From assembly GCF_011745625.1 (NCBI RefSeq), contig NW_027191454.1, forward strand, positions 186,001-250,000: 64,000 nucleotides of DNA. The letters run 5' to 3'. Shown here one piece after another: positions 35,063-46,354 of the stretch (position 1 is the first letter of the stretch; the number at the start of each line of letters is the position of its first letter). The notes beneath the pieces were generated by a model. That model was not told the DNA's origin. It did not search any database and saw only the letters and a program-made list of their open reading frames with translations. The translations under genes and the position numbers were made by a program. The stretch is from Cladosporium halotolerans (taxonomy: Eukaryota).

Positions 35063-35632
35063 TCATTCTTTCGAAGCTTCCATAATCACGAATACCAGTT
35101 CACGAAGTTCTGATTGACCCTGACAGCGAACAAAACCGTGCATTCTCAGATCCAGCCCCAAACTCTTCAGTGCATCTTGTAGAGGCTTCACGTATTTGAC
35201 AGCATCCACAGAAACGTGGCGCATGGTGTCTGCGTTTATCGGTTGATAGATCCCTCTCCAGCTATCGGCCTCTCCAGTCTGTCTCATCTCTGCCCCAAGC
35301 CGTGACAGTAGTTCTAATTGCGAGTCGTGCAGATCAAAAACCGCAACTTGCGGAAGCAACGCGATAGCCTCTGGGCCGATAGCCTCAAACCAGCGTGTCA
35401 GAGGAGTGATGGGACCATCATCAAGGTGAGCGCTGAAACGGGTGTTTGCGAGATACATGTGCAGCGACTCCTGCCTCATTTGGCGACATGTTCGAGTCAG
35501 AGGGCTTTGAGCATTATTGGGGCCAGATGCTGGACCGAGCGAGACACGGAAGCGGTTGGACGAGCAGAAGACGTGCTCGTAGATTTTGTTACGGAGTTCA
35601 GGTGAGAGACGGGCGAAGGGAGAAAAGTCCAT
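35063..35632 (-). CDS. Hypothetical protein with N-terminal F-box-like motif
   Basis: SPFARLSPELRNKIYEHVF..PLTRTCRQMRQESLHMYLANTRF; 189 aa from ATG 35632. Confidence 0.65.
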   Translation of the reverse strand: MDFSPFARLSPELRNKIYEHVFCSSNRFRVSLGPASGPNNAQSPLTRTCRQMRQESLHMYLANTRFSAHLDDGPITPLTRWFEAIGPEAIALLPQVAVFDLHDSQLELLSRLGAEMRQTGEADSWRGIYQPINADTMRHVSVDAVKYVKPLQDALKSLGLDLRMHGFVRCQGQSELRELVFVIMEASKE

Positions 35633-36220
35633 GTGCGTTACGACTTCAAGACCGCTTCTTTTGATGTGACTTAAGGATTGGAAACGTATGTGCTCTAACG
35701 ATAGATGATATTTTGCTGCGATCTGGAGATGCTGTGGCACTGACTTGTCGTTTCTCCAGTCTACGCACAGAGGACGCTGATCAGCCACCACAGCCGAGGT
35801 CGGTCCTGCTGTCAACCCTTGCGCGCCATGCATGCAAGCCATCCTTCCCACTTCGCCTCTTTATCTTCAGCATAGCTCGCTTGTTGTAGTACTCCTAGTC
35901 CCCATGCATCTTCAATCATGCTCTAAGACTACTGCACCTGGCTATGATGCAAGCATGGCAAACTCCTTTACCATCCTCCGCGGCGTTGCTCAGGAGAACA
36001 ACTGGGAAAACTTCGCACAAGCGCTCGTGCACCGTTAGTACACACGCGGTTGCCAATGGCCTCATCCGTCTTGCCATCGGTCCAAAATGACCAACGTTCG
36101 CAAGTAATAGTCAAAATAAGGCATGTCCCAAGGCTGTAGTCGGCAAAATGCTGCCCTTGCCGAAAGGTAGGTATAACGTTGTCTCTCATCACACCGTACG
36201 CTCTTTCACCAAATCCAAGT

Positions 36221-37045
36221 ATGCGGCTCATTCCAGCAGTTGCTGTTTCTCTCTGTGGCATTAGCGTATCTTTTGCATCGTCAGAAACACAATGTGTGCC
36301 TCAAATTAGCCCGCTCGACCTTCAGGAGCACCTGCTTGAAGCCTGTGAGCCTCTCAATCACACCGGCAAACACAACCTCAACACACCATGTGGAGTGGAA
36401 GCCAGCATACAAATGCAATGCATCTACAACGCATCGCCCGAGAAAGCTGCACTGCCGGACTACGAGTTCCCATTTCGCAACACGCCTATGGCATCCAACG
36501 CCACGCTGCGCGACTGCCTCTGCCAAACGCACATTTTCGAGATCATCAAAGCCTGCTCAGCATGCAACAAAGCCCACGGCGGCCTCGAGGGCTTCGGCTG
36601 GGAGACAGACGACTCGTACGACTCGGCCAGGAGCGCCTACTGCGCAGTGAGCGCGACGCCGACGCTGAATTTCGCCGACTTTATGAGCTCGGCCCTGGCT
36701 TCGAGAGAAACCAAGCACCCACCCTCGACAAAGTGCTCCTCGTTCTCCGACCCTGCTGGAAGCGCAACGGACGTTGCGGTCTACTACACCCCCTCCATCC
36801 CTCTCAGCGTAGCCAACAGAGTCGCTCTGCTGATGCCGACAGAGACGGGCCAGAACGCTACGTCCTACACGAGCCTCTACGTGTCGGACGGCCAGATCAT
36901 GCCGACGCCTACGGCTGGGCATGAGCGTGGAGGGCACCGCAACAAGAAAGGACAAGATAAGGCTACCTCGACTGCTGGAGCGATGCCGACAGCTAGGCTC
37001 GCAGTAGGAGCGTTAGGATTCGCGGCGATGGCTGTTGTGTTGTAA
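36221..37045 (+). CDS. Secreted Cys-rich, GPI-type cell-surface protein (paralog 1)
   Basis: Signal peptide, Cys core (C..PC..QC..RDCLCQ..CSAC..AHGG..YC), S/T-rich stalk, SDGQI motif and hydrophobic tail GALGFAAMAVVL; 274 aa. Confidence 0.8.
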   Translation: MRLIPAVAVSLCGISVSFASSETQCVPQISPLDLQEHLLEACEPLNHTGKHNLNTPCGVEASIQMQCIYNASPEKAALPDYEFPFRNTPMASNATLRDCLCQTHIFEIIKACSACNKAHGGLEGFGWETDDSYDSARSAYCAVSATPTLNFADFMSSALASRETKHPPSTKCSSFSDPAGSATDVAVYYTPSIPLSVANRVALLMPTETGQNATSYTSLYVSDGQIMPTPTAGHERGGHRNKKGQDKATSTAGAMPTARLAVGALGFAAMAVVL

Positions 37046-37770
37046 TTTTGCCAGCTTGTGCTATTATTTTACGTTCCATCGAAATTCGATTCGTCTTCTT
37101 CCGTGTCGTTCTGCATTCTTGTGTTGATTTCACCGGGACCGATCCACAAATCGACCGAGCGCGCGACTCGTGGAGATGCGCGGTGAGAGGCGAAGGGCGA
37201 ACGTGTTCCACGAACATGCTCATCCTGGACAGTTTGCATCCTGCTGTGCCCAAACACTCGACATGCAACTAGGGTCTGTCTGTTGTTCGGCGCCTGGCCC
37301 ATGCCTGGTTCCGGCTTGGCGACGCCATTTCCATCGAAGGATCGCGCCGCAGCTTTTGCGAATGCAAGGTACCAAGGGCTGACTCCTCGCAAACCCCGGC
37401 GGGCTCACCAGACGGCGTCGGCGGTGCATCGCACAGCCTTCACGGAACCCACACCGGCCTGCAACCTGCTGGTCTTCACCGGTAAAGTGGCGTCTGCCAT
37501 GCAATTCCTTCAGTAGACTGGCAAGGCTCGCTTTGCTGCAAGGCGACTGGCGAAACAACGTTGCTGCGCCGCACCTCGCTAGAGATCCTTCGCGCGTATG
37601 AAAATGAATCGCCTATTCATAGAGTCACCTCGCGAATTGTTATTTAAGTGGACGGGATCCTCAGGAAATATTTCTTCAGCTGTTCTGTGTCTGTAACAGT
37701 CACGCAAACGAACTTGTCTCTCTCGTCTACGACATCACGACATCAGCTAAACTCCAACCACTCTGCCAAC

Positions 37771-38625
37771 ATGCACGCCTTCTTCATACTTGCTCTCTCC
37801 TTTGCTGATGCGAACGCATCCCTTCTCAGCAGGGGCCTTAGCAAGAGACAGCTACACAACATTGATGAACGACGCGATTGGGAGGACCATCTGGAGAGTG
37901 TCTGCATGCCCGCAACCGCAAACGATGAACAGGATTGGAACGCGCCTTGCAACGCGATTGTCGCAATTGAGTACCAGTGCATATACGGCGCAGACATCAT
38001 GGAAGCCCTCTCCGGCAGGACGGACGACTATGAGGATCCTCCGATGATGTCTAACGAGACCCAGCGCGACTGCATCTGCCAGTCGCAACTCATGAACCAA
38101 GCAGCCGGCTGCAAAGCCTGCTTCGAGGCACACGGAGGCGAGGGCCCATCGAGGACGTTCATCGATTTCGACAGGCTCGAGCCGCTGGTGAACAAGTACT
38201 GCAACGCTTCCGCGACACCGACGGAAGCATTCCCCATGGTCGTTTATTCCCTCGTCGTCACGGGACCCGTCGAGTCTACGGCAGCAGCGACTACTTACTC
38301 GGACCCCATCGGTAACGCTACGGACGTCTCGCGCTACTTCACGCCGTCCATGACCGGCAGCGCCGCTTGGAACCCTGCAATGCCGACGGCTGAGAGCTCG
38401 GGTGCGACCTCGACGTACGCGAGCGTAAAGACCTCGGATGGACAGATTGTGCCTCTGGCGACTGACGAGGTTGAGAGTGGCGATGGAGGCAGTGCTGCGA
38501 CATCGTCGGGCGCCAGCAGTGAAGGCGCGACGACCGACTCTGGCTCTGGTGCTGTGCCGACCGCAATGGTGGGCTCAGGCGCACTTGGTGCGTTGGGCTT
38601 TGCGGCTTTGGTGGCCGCGTTGTAG
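37771..38625 (+). CDS. Secreted Cys-rich, GPI-type cell-surface protein (paralog 2)
   Basis: Signal peptide and KR site, the same 8-Cys core (RDCICQ, CKAC, AHGG), SDPIGNATDVSRYFTPS, SDGQI and tail GALGFAALVAAL; 284 aa. Confidence 0.82.
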   Translation: MHAFFILALSFADANASLLSRGLSKRQLHNIDERRDWEDHLESVCMPATANDEQDWNAPCNAIVAIEYQCIYGADIMEALSGRTDDYEDPPMMSNETQRDCICQSQLMNQAAGCKACFEAHGGEGPSRTFIDFDRLEPLVNKYCNASATPTEAFPMVVYSLVVTGPVESTAAATTYSDPIGNATDVSRYFTPSMTGSAAWNPAMPTAESSGATSTYASVKTSDGQIVPLATDEVESGDGGSAATSSGASSEGATTDSGSGAVPTAMVGSGALGALGFAALVAAL

Positions 38626-39207
38626 ACGAGCGTGGACAGCGTCTCCTACCAACACGGTAGTATGTAATGTATCAACGAGTGCCGAGTATATCCGCGGTAG
38701 CATGTGCGCCCTCCAGTCTTCCCCAGCTCTTGCACATCCGCTCGCACGGCGCTGTACCCTTGTACCGCAGCAGCAGGCAAGGAAAGCCTCGGCGATGGAT
38801 AATTGCGCGCCCCCGGCTTGAAGGAAGCCCGAGGTGCGGTAAGTCTCCTCCCGCGCGTTGGGCGGGCTTATCGTAGCGGCGCCATCTCATCATATTATCC
38901 AATTGTGCCAACTCCGCCCGCCCTGTGCCGCCTGCGTTTCTTGTTGTCTGCTGACACCACACCACATTTCTACATTCCAGCTTTATTCCCTACAGTCTCT
39001 TTCTCCCACGTCCTTCTTCTGGCTATCCTGTACGATATGCGCTGAGTAGTTCACCGACACTGGCGCCCGAGCCTCCCACCTGAGCTCTCCGCTCCCATCT
39101 CCGCCGCCCACCGCCCACCGCCGTTCCCGTGACCTGTCGCATTCACTCGAGGGTCGCCTGCGTGGAATACCTTGGCCAATTTGAAGAACACATACCGATC
39201 GCATACC

Positions 39208-40093
39208 ATGCGTCTCCGAAAGGCCGCCCGCATGATCCTCATCGGCGCCCCGGGCGCCGGTAAAGGCACCCAGTCCACTCGCATGCTCGAGCGCTACGAA
39301 CAATTGTCCACCATAAGCTCCGGCGATCTGCTTCGCGAGAATGTGCGCAACCGGACGCCCCTTGGTACGCTCACTCCATTCCTGCCAATTAATGTACTTT
39401 CGCCCCGCTAACAGGTCACGCGACACAGGCATCCAAGCCGAGCATCTCATGAAGACCGGCGCCATGGTCCCAGACAGCATGATCCTCCGTCTTATCCGCA
39501 ACTCCCTCACGAACCGTGGCTGGCTCATGGAACGAGGAGGAATGCGCCCGATGACTCTCAACTCGGTCGCGGGGGATTTGTCAACATCTGGGCTGCAGGA
39601 CACCATGATTGCGGAGGAGCACATGATGACCAACATCCCGTTGGAGCAAGAGAGGGAATACGATTTCACAGAACACCCGGACGCGTCCTTCATCCTGGAC
39701 GGTTTCCCTCGGAACGAGCATCAGGCTGAACAGCTGGACGAACTCGTCCCGATGAACTGGGTCGTGAATGTCAAGACACCCTCGGAGATCATCATGGAGC
39801 GGATCTGCAACCGCTGGGTACACGCGCCAAGCGGTCGCACTTACAATACCACATTCAACGCGCCGCGGGTAGCCGGTAAGGACGATGTCACAGGTGAAGC
39901 ACTCACTCAGCGTGACGACGACAAGCCCGAAGTGTGGAAGGCGCGATTGAAGCAGTTCGAGGAGGCCAGCATGCCTCTGCTGGAGCATTACGACAAGCTC
40001 GGCGTGCTTTGGACTGTTCAAGGGAACAGCTCGGACGAGATCAGCCCGAAGCTCTTCGCCGAATTCGAGAAGAGATTCGCCAAGGGCTATTAA
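39208..40093 (+). CDS. ADK2: Mitochondrial GTP:AMP phosphotransferase (AK3-type adenylate kinase)
   Basis: P-loop GAPGAGKGTQ, ISSGDLLR, FILDGFPR, LID region RWVHAPSGRTYN. Intron 39365-39428. Confidence 0.9.
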
Positions 40094-40485
40094 TAGACGG
40101 ACGACTAATACCCATCTTTGCTACATTGGATTTACGGATGCGAGAGAAAGACAAGGTATGCTTTCGTGGAGAACTTCCCGGGATTCAAGAGCCAAACAGT
40201 GGCCTTTTTTTGGGCGCAGGCGATGTCATGGATTTATCAAGCCATTCGATGACGATTTTTTTTTTGGCGATACGGATCAGTCAGAAAACGGCAGATTTCT
40301 GTTTCGATTGAGACGAGGCATTATTGAGCCGGGTGTACGATTTTAGCGGGTCCACGATTTTGACCACCAAGGTAGCTCCCATCAAGGTCGAGTACCAACT
40401 TTATGACGATATTCATAAAACGAAATATGTCTACCACGCATCCAGGCCTCATGATCCTTCCAAGAGCTCTCTCCGCCGCAGTACC

Positions 40486-42288
40486 ATGCATTCTAACCAA
40501 AACAGCCAAACAACCATGACCGCCCCCGACCAACTCCCCCCAATCCACGACGTGCTCCTCGTCGGCGCCGGCCCCAGCGGCCTCGCTGTCGCCGCCCGCC
40601 TGCGCGAACGCACCCCCTCCGCCCTCTACACCGACGAAGAGCACCGCCGCTTCCACTGGCTCGCCAAGCACGGCAGCCGCAGCAGCGTCAAAGACCGCAA
40701 GACCGGCCGCGTGCGATCCGCCGCCTCCTCCTCCTCGCCCCAGCACCGCTCCCTCCTCGTCCTCGACGCCGAGAGCCCCGCCTGGCTCGCGCGCTGGCAC
40801 GCCCTCTTCGCCGCCCTGCGCATCGCCCACCTGCGCAGCCCCATGTTCTTCCACCCGGACCCGGGCGACCGCGACGCGCTGCTGGCGTTCGCGCACGAGG
40901 CGCGGCGGACCGGCGAGCTGGAGGAGATCGCGGGCTGCGTGGGCAAGGAGGTCAGCAAGCACAGGATGAAGAAGAGGCGGCGCGAGGTGGGCGGGAAGCG
41001 CATGGCGCCTGCGACGGTGGACGAGAGGGATCGGAAGGACTACTTCACGCCGTCGAGGGGGGTTTTTGCGGATTTTGTGGAAGGGGTTGTGGAGAGGTAT
41101 GGGCTTGGGGAGGAAGGGTTGGTGCGGGAGGAGAGGGTGGAGGATGTGGAGTTTGGGGTTGTGCCGGGGCTTTCGGGCGAGGGGGGGAGCGAGAGGTTGT
41201 TTAGTGTTAAGACGAACGAGGGGGTTCATTATGCGAAGGCGGTTGTGTTGGCTGTTGGGGCGGGTAATGCGCCGTGCATTCCGAGGCCGTTTGAGGGTGT
41301 TGGGAGACAGCACGAGGCTGCTTGCCATGCGCTTGCGATGAGGGGTGAGAGTGGGTTGCCGAAGTCGTTGAGGGCTAAGGTGGCGGCTGGGAAGTCGACG
41401 AATGTTATGGTGATTGGGGGTGGGTTGACGAGCGCGCAGATTGGGGATTTGGTGATTCGGCAGGGGGTGAGCAAGGTTTGGCATCTGACGAGAGGGACGT
41501 TGAAAGGTTTGTTGATGGAGCGATTGGTGAATGATGGATGTTTTGATCTGACGTGCTTCGCAGTCAAACCGTTCGATATCGATTTGAACTGGATGAGCAA
41601 ATTCAGAAATCAAGAAAAGGCAGCTTTCTGGATGGCCGACGATGACTATGGTATGTTCAGTCGCATCCAAATTACCATGGTTGTCATTGCTAATCTACGG
41701 TCTCCAGAAAGAGCAGATATGCTACGAGAAGCGCGCGGTGGTGGCAGCATAACACCTCGCTTCGCCAAAGTCCTACAAGGACACGTCCAATCAGGACGAA
41801 CAGCCCTGCACACATCGACCACCGTCCAATCTCAATCCTACGATCCATCGAGTCAGACGTGGGAACTCACCACCTCGCCAGCCATCTCGGACCTCCCCCT
41901 TATGGACTACATATACTTCGCGACAGGAGTGCAGAGCGACGTCTCTACCCTCCCTTTCATGCAGAACATCACATCGAAATTCCCGCTCGAAACATACGAC
42001 GGGCTACCGACGCTCACAGACGATCTAGCGTGGAGGGATGATGTCCCACTGTTTCTAGCCGGCAAGTTCGCTGGGCTTAGACTTGGGCCGGGAGCTGCCA
42101 ACTTGGAGGGCGCAAGGGCTGGAGCGGAGAGAATCGTGCTCGCCATAGAGAAAATGCTTGGTTCTGGGGAGGCGAAGGTCAGAAGGGATTCCGGGTTTGA
42201 GGAGGAAGAAGCCAGTGATGGCGGGTCAGCCGAGAGGTATGGAGCGGGCCTGGGCAGTCGGTACGAATGGTTGAGTTTGGATGATTGA
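40486..42288 (+). CDS. Uncharacterised FAD/NAD(P)-dependent oxidoreductase (two-Rossmann, flavin monooxygenase-like)
   Basis: Motifs DVLLVGAGPSG, HLRSPMFFHPDP, VVLAVGAG, VMVIGGGLTSAQ, IYFATG, GPGAANLEGAR. Predicted introns 41507-41563 and 41651-41707. Start may instead be 40516. Confidence 0.8.
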   Translation: MHSNQNSQTTMTAPDQLPPIHDVLLVGAGPSGLAVAARLRERTPSALYTDEEHRRFHWLAKHGSRSSVKDRKTGRVRSAASSSSPQHRSLLVLDAESPAWLARWHALFAALRIAHLRSPMFFHPDPGDRDALLAFAHEARRTGELEEIAGCVGKEVSKHRMKKRRREVGGKRMAPATVDERDRKDYFTPSRGVFADFVEGVVERYGLGEEGLVREERVEDVEFGVVPGLSGEGGSERLFSVKTNEGVHYAKAVVLAVGAGNAPCIPRPFEGVGRQHEAACHALAMRGESGLPKSLRAKVAAGKSTNVMVIGGGLTSAQIGDLVIRQGVSKVWHLTRGTLKGLLMERLVNDGCFDLTCFAVKPFDIDLNWMSKFRNQEKAAFWMADDDYGMFSRIQITMVVIANLRSPERADMLREARGGGSITPRFAKVLQGHVQSGRTALHTSTTVQSQSYDPSSQTWELTTSPAISDLPLMDYIYFATGVQSDVSTLPFMQNITSKFPLETYDGLPTLTDDLAWRDDVPLFLAGKFAGLRLGPGAANLEGARAGAERIVLAIEKMLGSGEAKVRRDSGFEEEEASDGGSAERYGAGLGSRYEWLSLDD

Positions 42289-43105
42289 AGAATGTTGCAT
42301 CCCCATGATAGACATCACTAGCGCCTTGTGTGTACCATCAAGTTTTCGCGTAGGTGCATGTGTTCGTCGATCGAGAGTCCTCTTACCATGAACAAGTCTT
42401 ATGAACATCATCATCGAAGAATCAACGAGGCAGGTGTCATTGCTCTTAAGCTCATCTCAACCATTTTCCATTCCATCATCCGAATGCTCAAGACTGGCTA
42501 GACCACTTACATTTACAGACAACCGGACACACGTAGGCCAAAAAGCCCCTTTGCCGCGAAAACACCTTTGCCTCTGCGATTGACCGTTGCATTGCGGATG
42601 GCCAGGGTGTTGTACTAGCCGATTGCGCATCGACTATGTCAACGATCGTGTATGCGGAGAGATCGATCACTCCTCGCCAAGCTGTCTTCGAGCGAGAAAC
42701 ATGATGTCGCGTCGACGTTGACAGTTCATCCTTGCATGCCCGTCACAAGACACTGGCTCTGCCTGTTACATCAAGCTCGTCCCGCACGCCACTCGCCTAC
42801 ACAACGTTCCAGGCAGGCCCATTCGTCTCATAGCACATGCATATGCGCGTCATTTTTCTGTTGCTTTGACAAGGTCAGGATATCTGTTGCGTACAATATC
42901 GGAGCTGACTCCTGTCACGTGCTTAAAGATACCATGGGTCCGCTGCCCTGCATACTCGGCTAGCTCCGAGCTCTGGCGCGCCGTCTCCCGCCGGCTCGGC
43001 TCTCTCAATCGTTCGAGACACATTTCCTTGCTGGATGTACCTTGGTATGGTATACATACCCCTATACAGAAACCACAATCCCGGCAAAGACCTGACGTAG
43101 TGGCC

Positions 43106-43860
43106 ATGGATCGGCCATCCGACTCTCAGCGCCCTGCCGCGCCCGCACCTCCGGAGAAAAGCACGCGTACCAAATATCTCACCCTCTACAACCTGGGCTC
43201 AACAACAGCATGGCTCCAAATCTTCTATCGCGTCGTTCTGGTCGTGGCTGTAGGAGGTGGTTGGGAGAAGGTCTTCGCGGAGTCGGATACCCTTGTCAGA
43301 ATCGTGCAGACGGCCGCTATGCTTGAGGTCGCGCATGCCGCTTTGGGTAGGTGGTTTTCGCATGCAATGCGCGAGGGACATGAACCCCAACGGAATTAGC
43401 CTGACTGATCGTGCTTCAAGGCATCGTCCGCGCCCCGCTCCTCACCACCGTGATGCAAGTCGCGTCCCGCTTCCTCCTCGTCTGGGGCATCGCGCTCTAC
43501 TTCCCCGAGTCGACCTCCGCCTCGCCCGCCTACACCACAATGCTGCTCGCGTGGAGCGCGACAGAGGTCATCCGCTACGGCTACTTCGCGTTCAGCCTGT
43601 ACTTCGGCTCCGTCCCCAGCTGGCTCACGTGGCTGCGCTACAACACGTTTTTCGTGCTCTACCCAATGGGTATCTCGAGCGAGTGCTGGCTCGTCTATTC
43701 AGCCATCGCTCCGGCGGGCAGGCACTATGGCAAGGAGCTGGTGTGGGCGCTTTGGGCTATCCTGGCGATTTACGTACCCGGCGCTTATGTGCTTTACACG
43801 CACATGATGGCGCAACGCAGGAAGGTCCTGAAAGGGTTGGCGCAGAAGAAGACGCAGTAA
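43106..43860 (+). CDS. PHS1: Very-long-chain 3-hydroxyacyl-CoA dehydratase (PTPLA family)
   Basis: Motifs YLTLYN, QTAAMLEVAH, TTVMQVASR, AWSATEVIRY, WLRYNTFFVLYPMGISSE, LYTHMMAQRRK and a dilysine tail KKTQ. Intron 43347-43420. Confidence 0.93.
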
Positions 43861-46354
43861 GGGCTTGGATGACGAGGTTGTGAAGTCTAAAGGATGGCGG
43901 TGGGCGCAACAGCTCACCGTACATATGCTCATATCAGCGAGGCTTGTCTAACAAGCTGGACTGTCAACCCAGTTGGACTGGCAACCTGATTGAAGTGCTC
44001 ATCCATTTCGACTGTCTATCCAGCTGCCGAAGCAAGCCATCGGCTATGATGGGCATGGCTAATAACGATCAACCTAGTTTCGGCTATATAATGAATGTGG
44101 CGCACTAGAAGCTCTATCAAACCTGCATACATACCTTAGTGGCAGACGTGAACTGAATGGAAGGTACCCGAGTGGCGTCTGGGAGGCGCGTGAAGCGTAC
44201 AGGAGCCTACGTGCACGAAGACTAAACCGTATCCATTCGTGCCCCAGTCCTCGCCACACCAAAGGAGGGGAGTCCGGTCGAGATGTCGCTTCTTCGGTTA
44301 AGGTGCCGATGACGCTTTCGAAGGATTGTGAACGAGCGGGCCTCTGGGTCTAGATGCGTAGAATGGTAGGCAGAGTATGCTAAACGGCTCCACCGGGCTA
44401 ACACTACATTCACATCTCATTCGGGGGACAGGCCCGAGTCCGGCACGATCGTTCTCCAAGCGGCGGATGTGTCCTTTCAGTCGCTGCCACGGCTGCATCT
44501 TCACGGCACGATCAAGGCTTTACCCGCGCTACGCGCGCCTGTGCATGAGATAAGGTAGGCGATCCCGAATTTAGACATCTTGTAAAGTAGATCACCGATC
44601 GTTCTGATCCACGAGGCAGAACAGCCCATGTTTGATTACACGTGCGGGGTGCCCTTGGGAGGCGGATGCAGGCCAAGAGCGACACGCGAGCCCTCGTGCG
44701 TTGTTATGCATGTGAGCCGTCGTAAACCACCAAATTGGGATCTCGCATACATATAGTCCTGCGGAGATGCTGGAGCCTGATGCCTTGAGGCCGAAGGTCT
44801 GCTTCACGTAGAGGCTTGAGCCTGATAACCTGTGCTCGAAAGCGCCGCAGACACATGTGGTGTAACATCACTGGTGCCCGTGTACGAGCACTGCGTCTCC
44901 AGTGCCGAATGTGCACTGGCTTTTATGGGTTGTACCACACATCCAGTGAGCGAGACAGCTCCGAGGAGTTGTACGCATGCCTCCCGGTGGCTTGCTGCGA
45001 TACTTCCGGCCGGCACGCTGGACTACCCGTTGCCGGTAATGAGGAGGAAGCTGCTAAGGCACTGGCGGCGACGGGCAAATTGGCCGTCGCTCTTGATGCA
45101 GCATTTGCCACTGTTTGACCCTACCATGCGACAAACATTCCAGCGATGACGAGCATCCACTCCACGCGTCTTGCTGGACTCAATTCCACTCCGCCCAGCG
45201 ACTGCAGTCTTGCGCCAGGGGAATTTTCGTCAGATCGAACGTCGGACCCGTTTCCGACTCCTCTCGTCCCGGCCGCCTGTCACCAACCGCACGCATGGTA
45301 CCAGGCCCAGGCGTTTGAGGGCACCAATGTGCGATGGACACAACACTTCCCCGATACACTTCAAGGCCATGCTCGGGCTGCGGGGGCCGGCAGTTGCGAG
45401 GGCAATAATGACGATGGGACCAGCCAGGCCAGCGATGGGCCAGCTGGAGTCGCCGCTTACATTGCAAAACGCTTACACGCCTAAACGCAAGATTCAAGGA
45501 CGCGAGCCTTGCGGAGACCATGTCCGAAGGCCGCGAATCTGCGACTATCTGGTGTGATTGGCCGTGTTTGTTCGGAGCAAAGTCCTCAGGGCAGTCCTGG
45601 TGGCCGTCTGCCTCCATGCGTTTCTCTCCGTCCTCCTGCCGCGATGGAATTTGTCTCGACGCATCTGTAGGCTTTGTGCGGAGCCTTGGGAGCCCTGGTT
45701 CGGTCCATCGCGATCACGCCCGGCCAACTCTCTGGCATTAAGGGGCGTCTGGCACTCGGCCGTTTCGCGTCTGACGGCTTGTCCTCTTATACGGCTTAAC
45801 GAGAGCACAGTTGAGCCACTAGTACATTCCCAGCCTCTAGCTTCTACGGTTCCCACCGAGGGACAGAGGACATTCAGAATCTCCGTCTTATTCAGCGCGG
45901 GTCAGGATTCGTGTCATATTTCCGGACGGGGGGCGAAATAGTAGCTACGTCAAGGGTGGCAGTAGCCTTGGCCTTCAGTCTGGGATCACCGGCTCCGCGG
46001 TTTCGCTGGGTTCTGTCACACACCTCAGTAGCTCAGAGAGTAGTCTACGGGCTGCTGAGGACCGCGCACTTCAGGTACCAGGCCCTCATTTCTCAATGCA
46101 TCTTTGGAGAAACGCATCGTCCTCGCCTCGCGCTTCCAGACTCGCACATGCATCAAGCCTTCTCTCTAGGATCGACAATTATCTCCAGGCAAGCGAACGA
46201 CGAGGCTCAACCAGTCAGCTCCAAAACCGTCGCGATTCCGCGTTCGGGTTATCTGACCTTCTAGCCGTCTTGCAGACATTTCGCGCAGGTTTGTCCACGA
46301 AACTGGCGCGCGCAAGGCTTTGGGGCGGTTGTGGCTCGCACGGAAGCGGTGAGC

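Noticed and set aside
39407..39414. Alternative CAG acceptor in the ADK2 intron
   Set aside because: It abuts the CTAAC branch point and would shift the frame by 14 nt; the 39428 acceptor restores GIQAE.
45756..45774. TCGG-N11-CTGA upstream of the Zn2Cys6 gene
   Set aside because: One-mismatch matches are expected every few kb, and nothing else ties this gene to the pectin module.
43900..46340. Many short ORFs upstream of the Zn2Cys6 gene, such as 45146-45484
   Set aside because: Overlapping on both strands with no motif or splice support; treated as regulatory or UTR sequence.
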